Below are positions 64,000 through 64,000 of a stretch of DNA of 64,000 nucleotides, piece after piece. The first letter of the stretch is position 1, and each line of letters starts with the position of its first letter. A program made the position numbers and the translations under genes. A model generated the notes under the pieces. The model did no database searches and was not told the origin of the DNA. It worked only from the letters and a program-made list of their open reading frames with translations. Location of the stretch: contig CAWCKJ010000009.1 in assembly GCA_963796105.1 (NCBI GenBank), forward strand, positions 32,001-96,000. The letters are read 5' to 3'. This DNA is from a candidate division FCPU426 bacterium (GTDB lineage Bacteria > Oederibacteriota > Muellerivitia > Muellerivitales > Muellerivitaceae).

Positions 64000-64000
64000 G

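Overview
This 64-kb bacterial window comes from a diderm, judging by its outer-membrane beta-barrel C-termini; the lineage cannot be determined from the sequence. Most genes lie on the minus strand. The left part holds sugar enzymes (GH3, cellobiose 2-epimerase, GH127/146) around two tandem giant secreted paralogues of 2493 and 1959 aa. Each paralogue has its own N-terminal Ig/lectin-like head, a stalk of about 1000-1550 residues with Thr at almost every second position, and a shared C-terminus of DUF11 + 2x FlgD-Ig + a T9SS-CTD-like domain. Next come a four-gene Rieske/split cytochrome b/octaheme cytochrome c operon preceded by a promoter-hairpin-terminator leader, two GT-C-like membrane proteins, a GH3 gene split by a 118-bp IS200/IS605-type palindromic mini-element, and gltA. 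The middle is housekeeping: tRNA-Ile2, rpoD, dnaG, mutS2, mpg, yqeY, rpsU, HIT, mtaB, cdsA, uppS, frr, pyrH, tsf and rpsB. It also contains a galactokinase-like gene and a GH92 gene, both with substituted catalytic motifs. The right end has a NUDIX-GNAT fusion, an IS1595 element with a frameshifted transposase (8-bp TSD), a ChdC/Cld-family gene, a DUF2723 (TMEM260-like) gene and a frameshifted O-antigen-ligase/TPR gene. All calls come from reading motifs by eye; no database searches were run.
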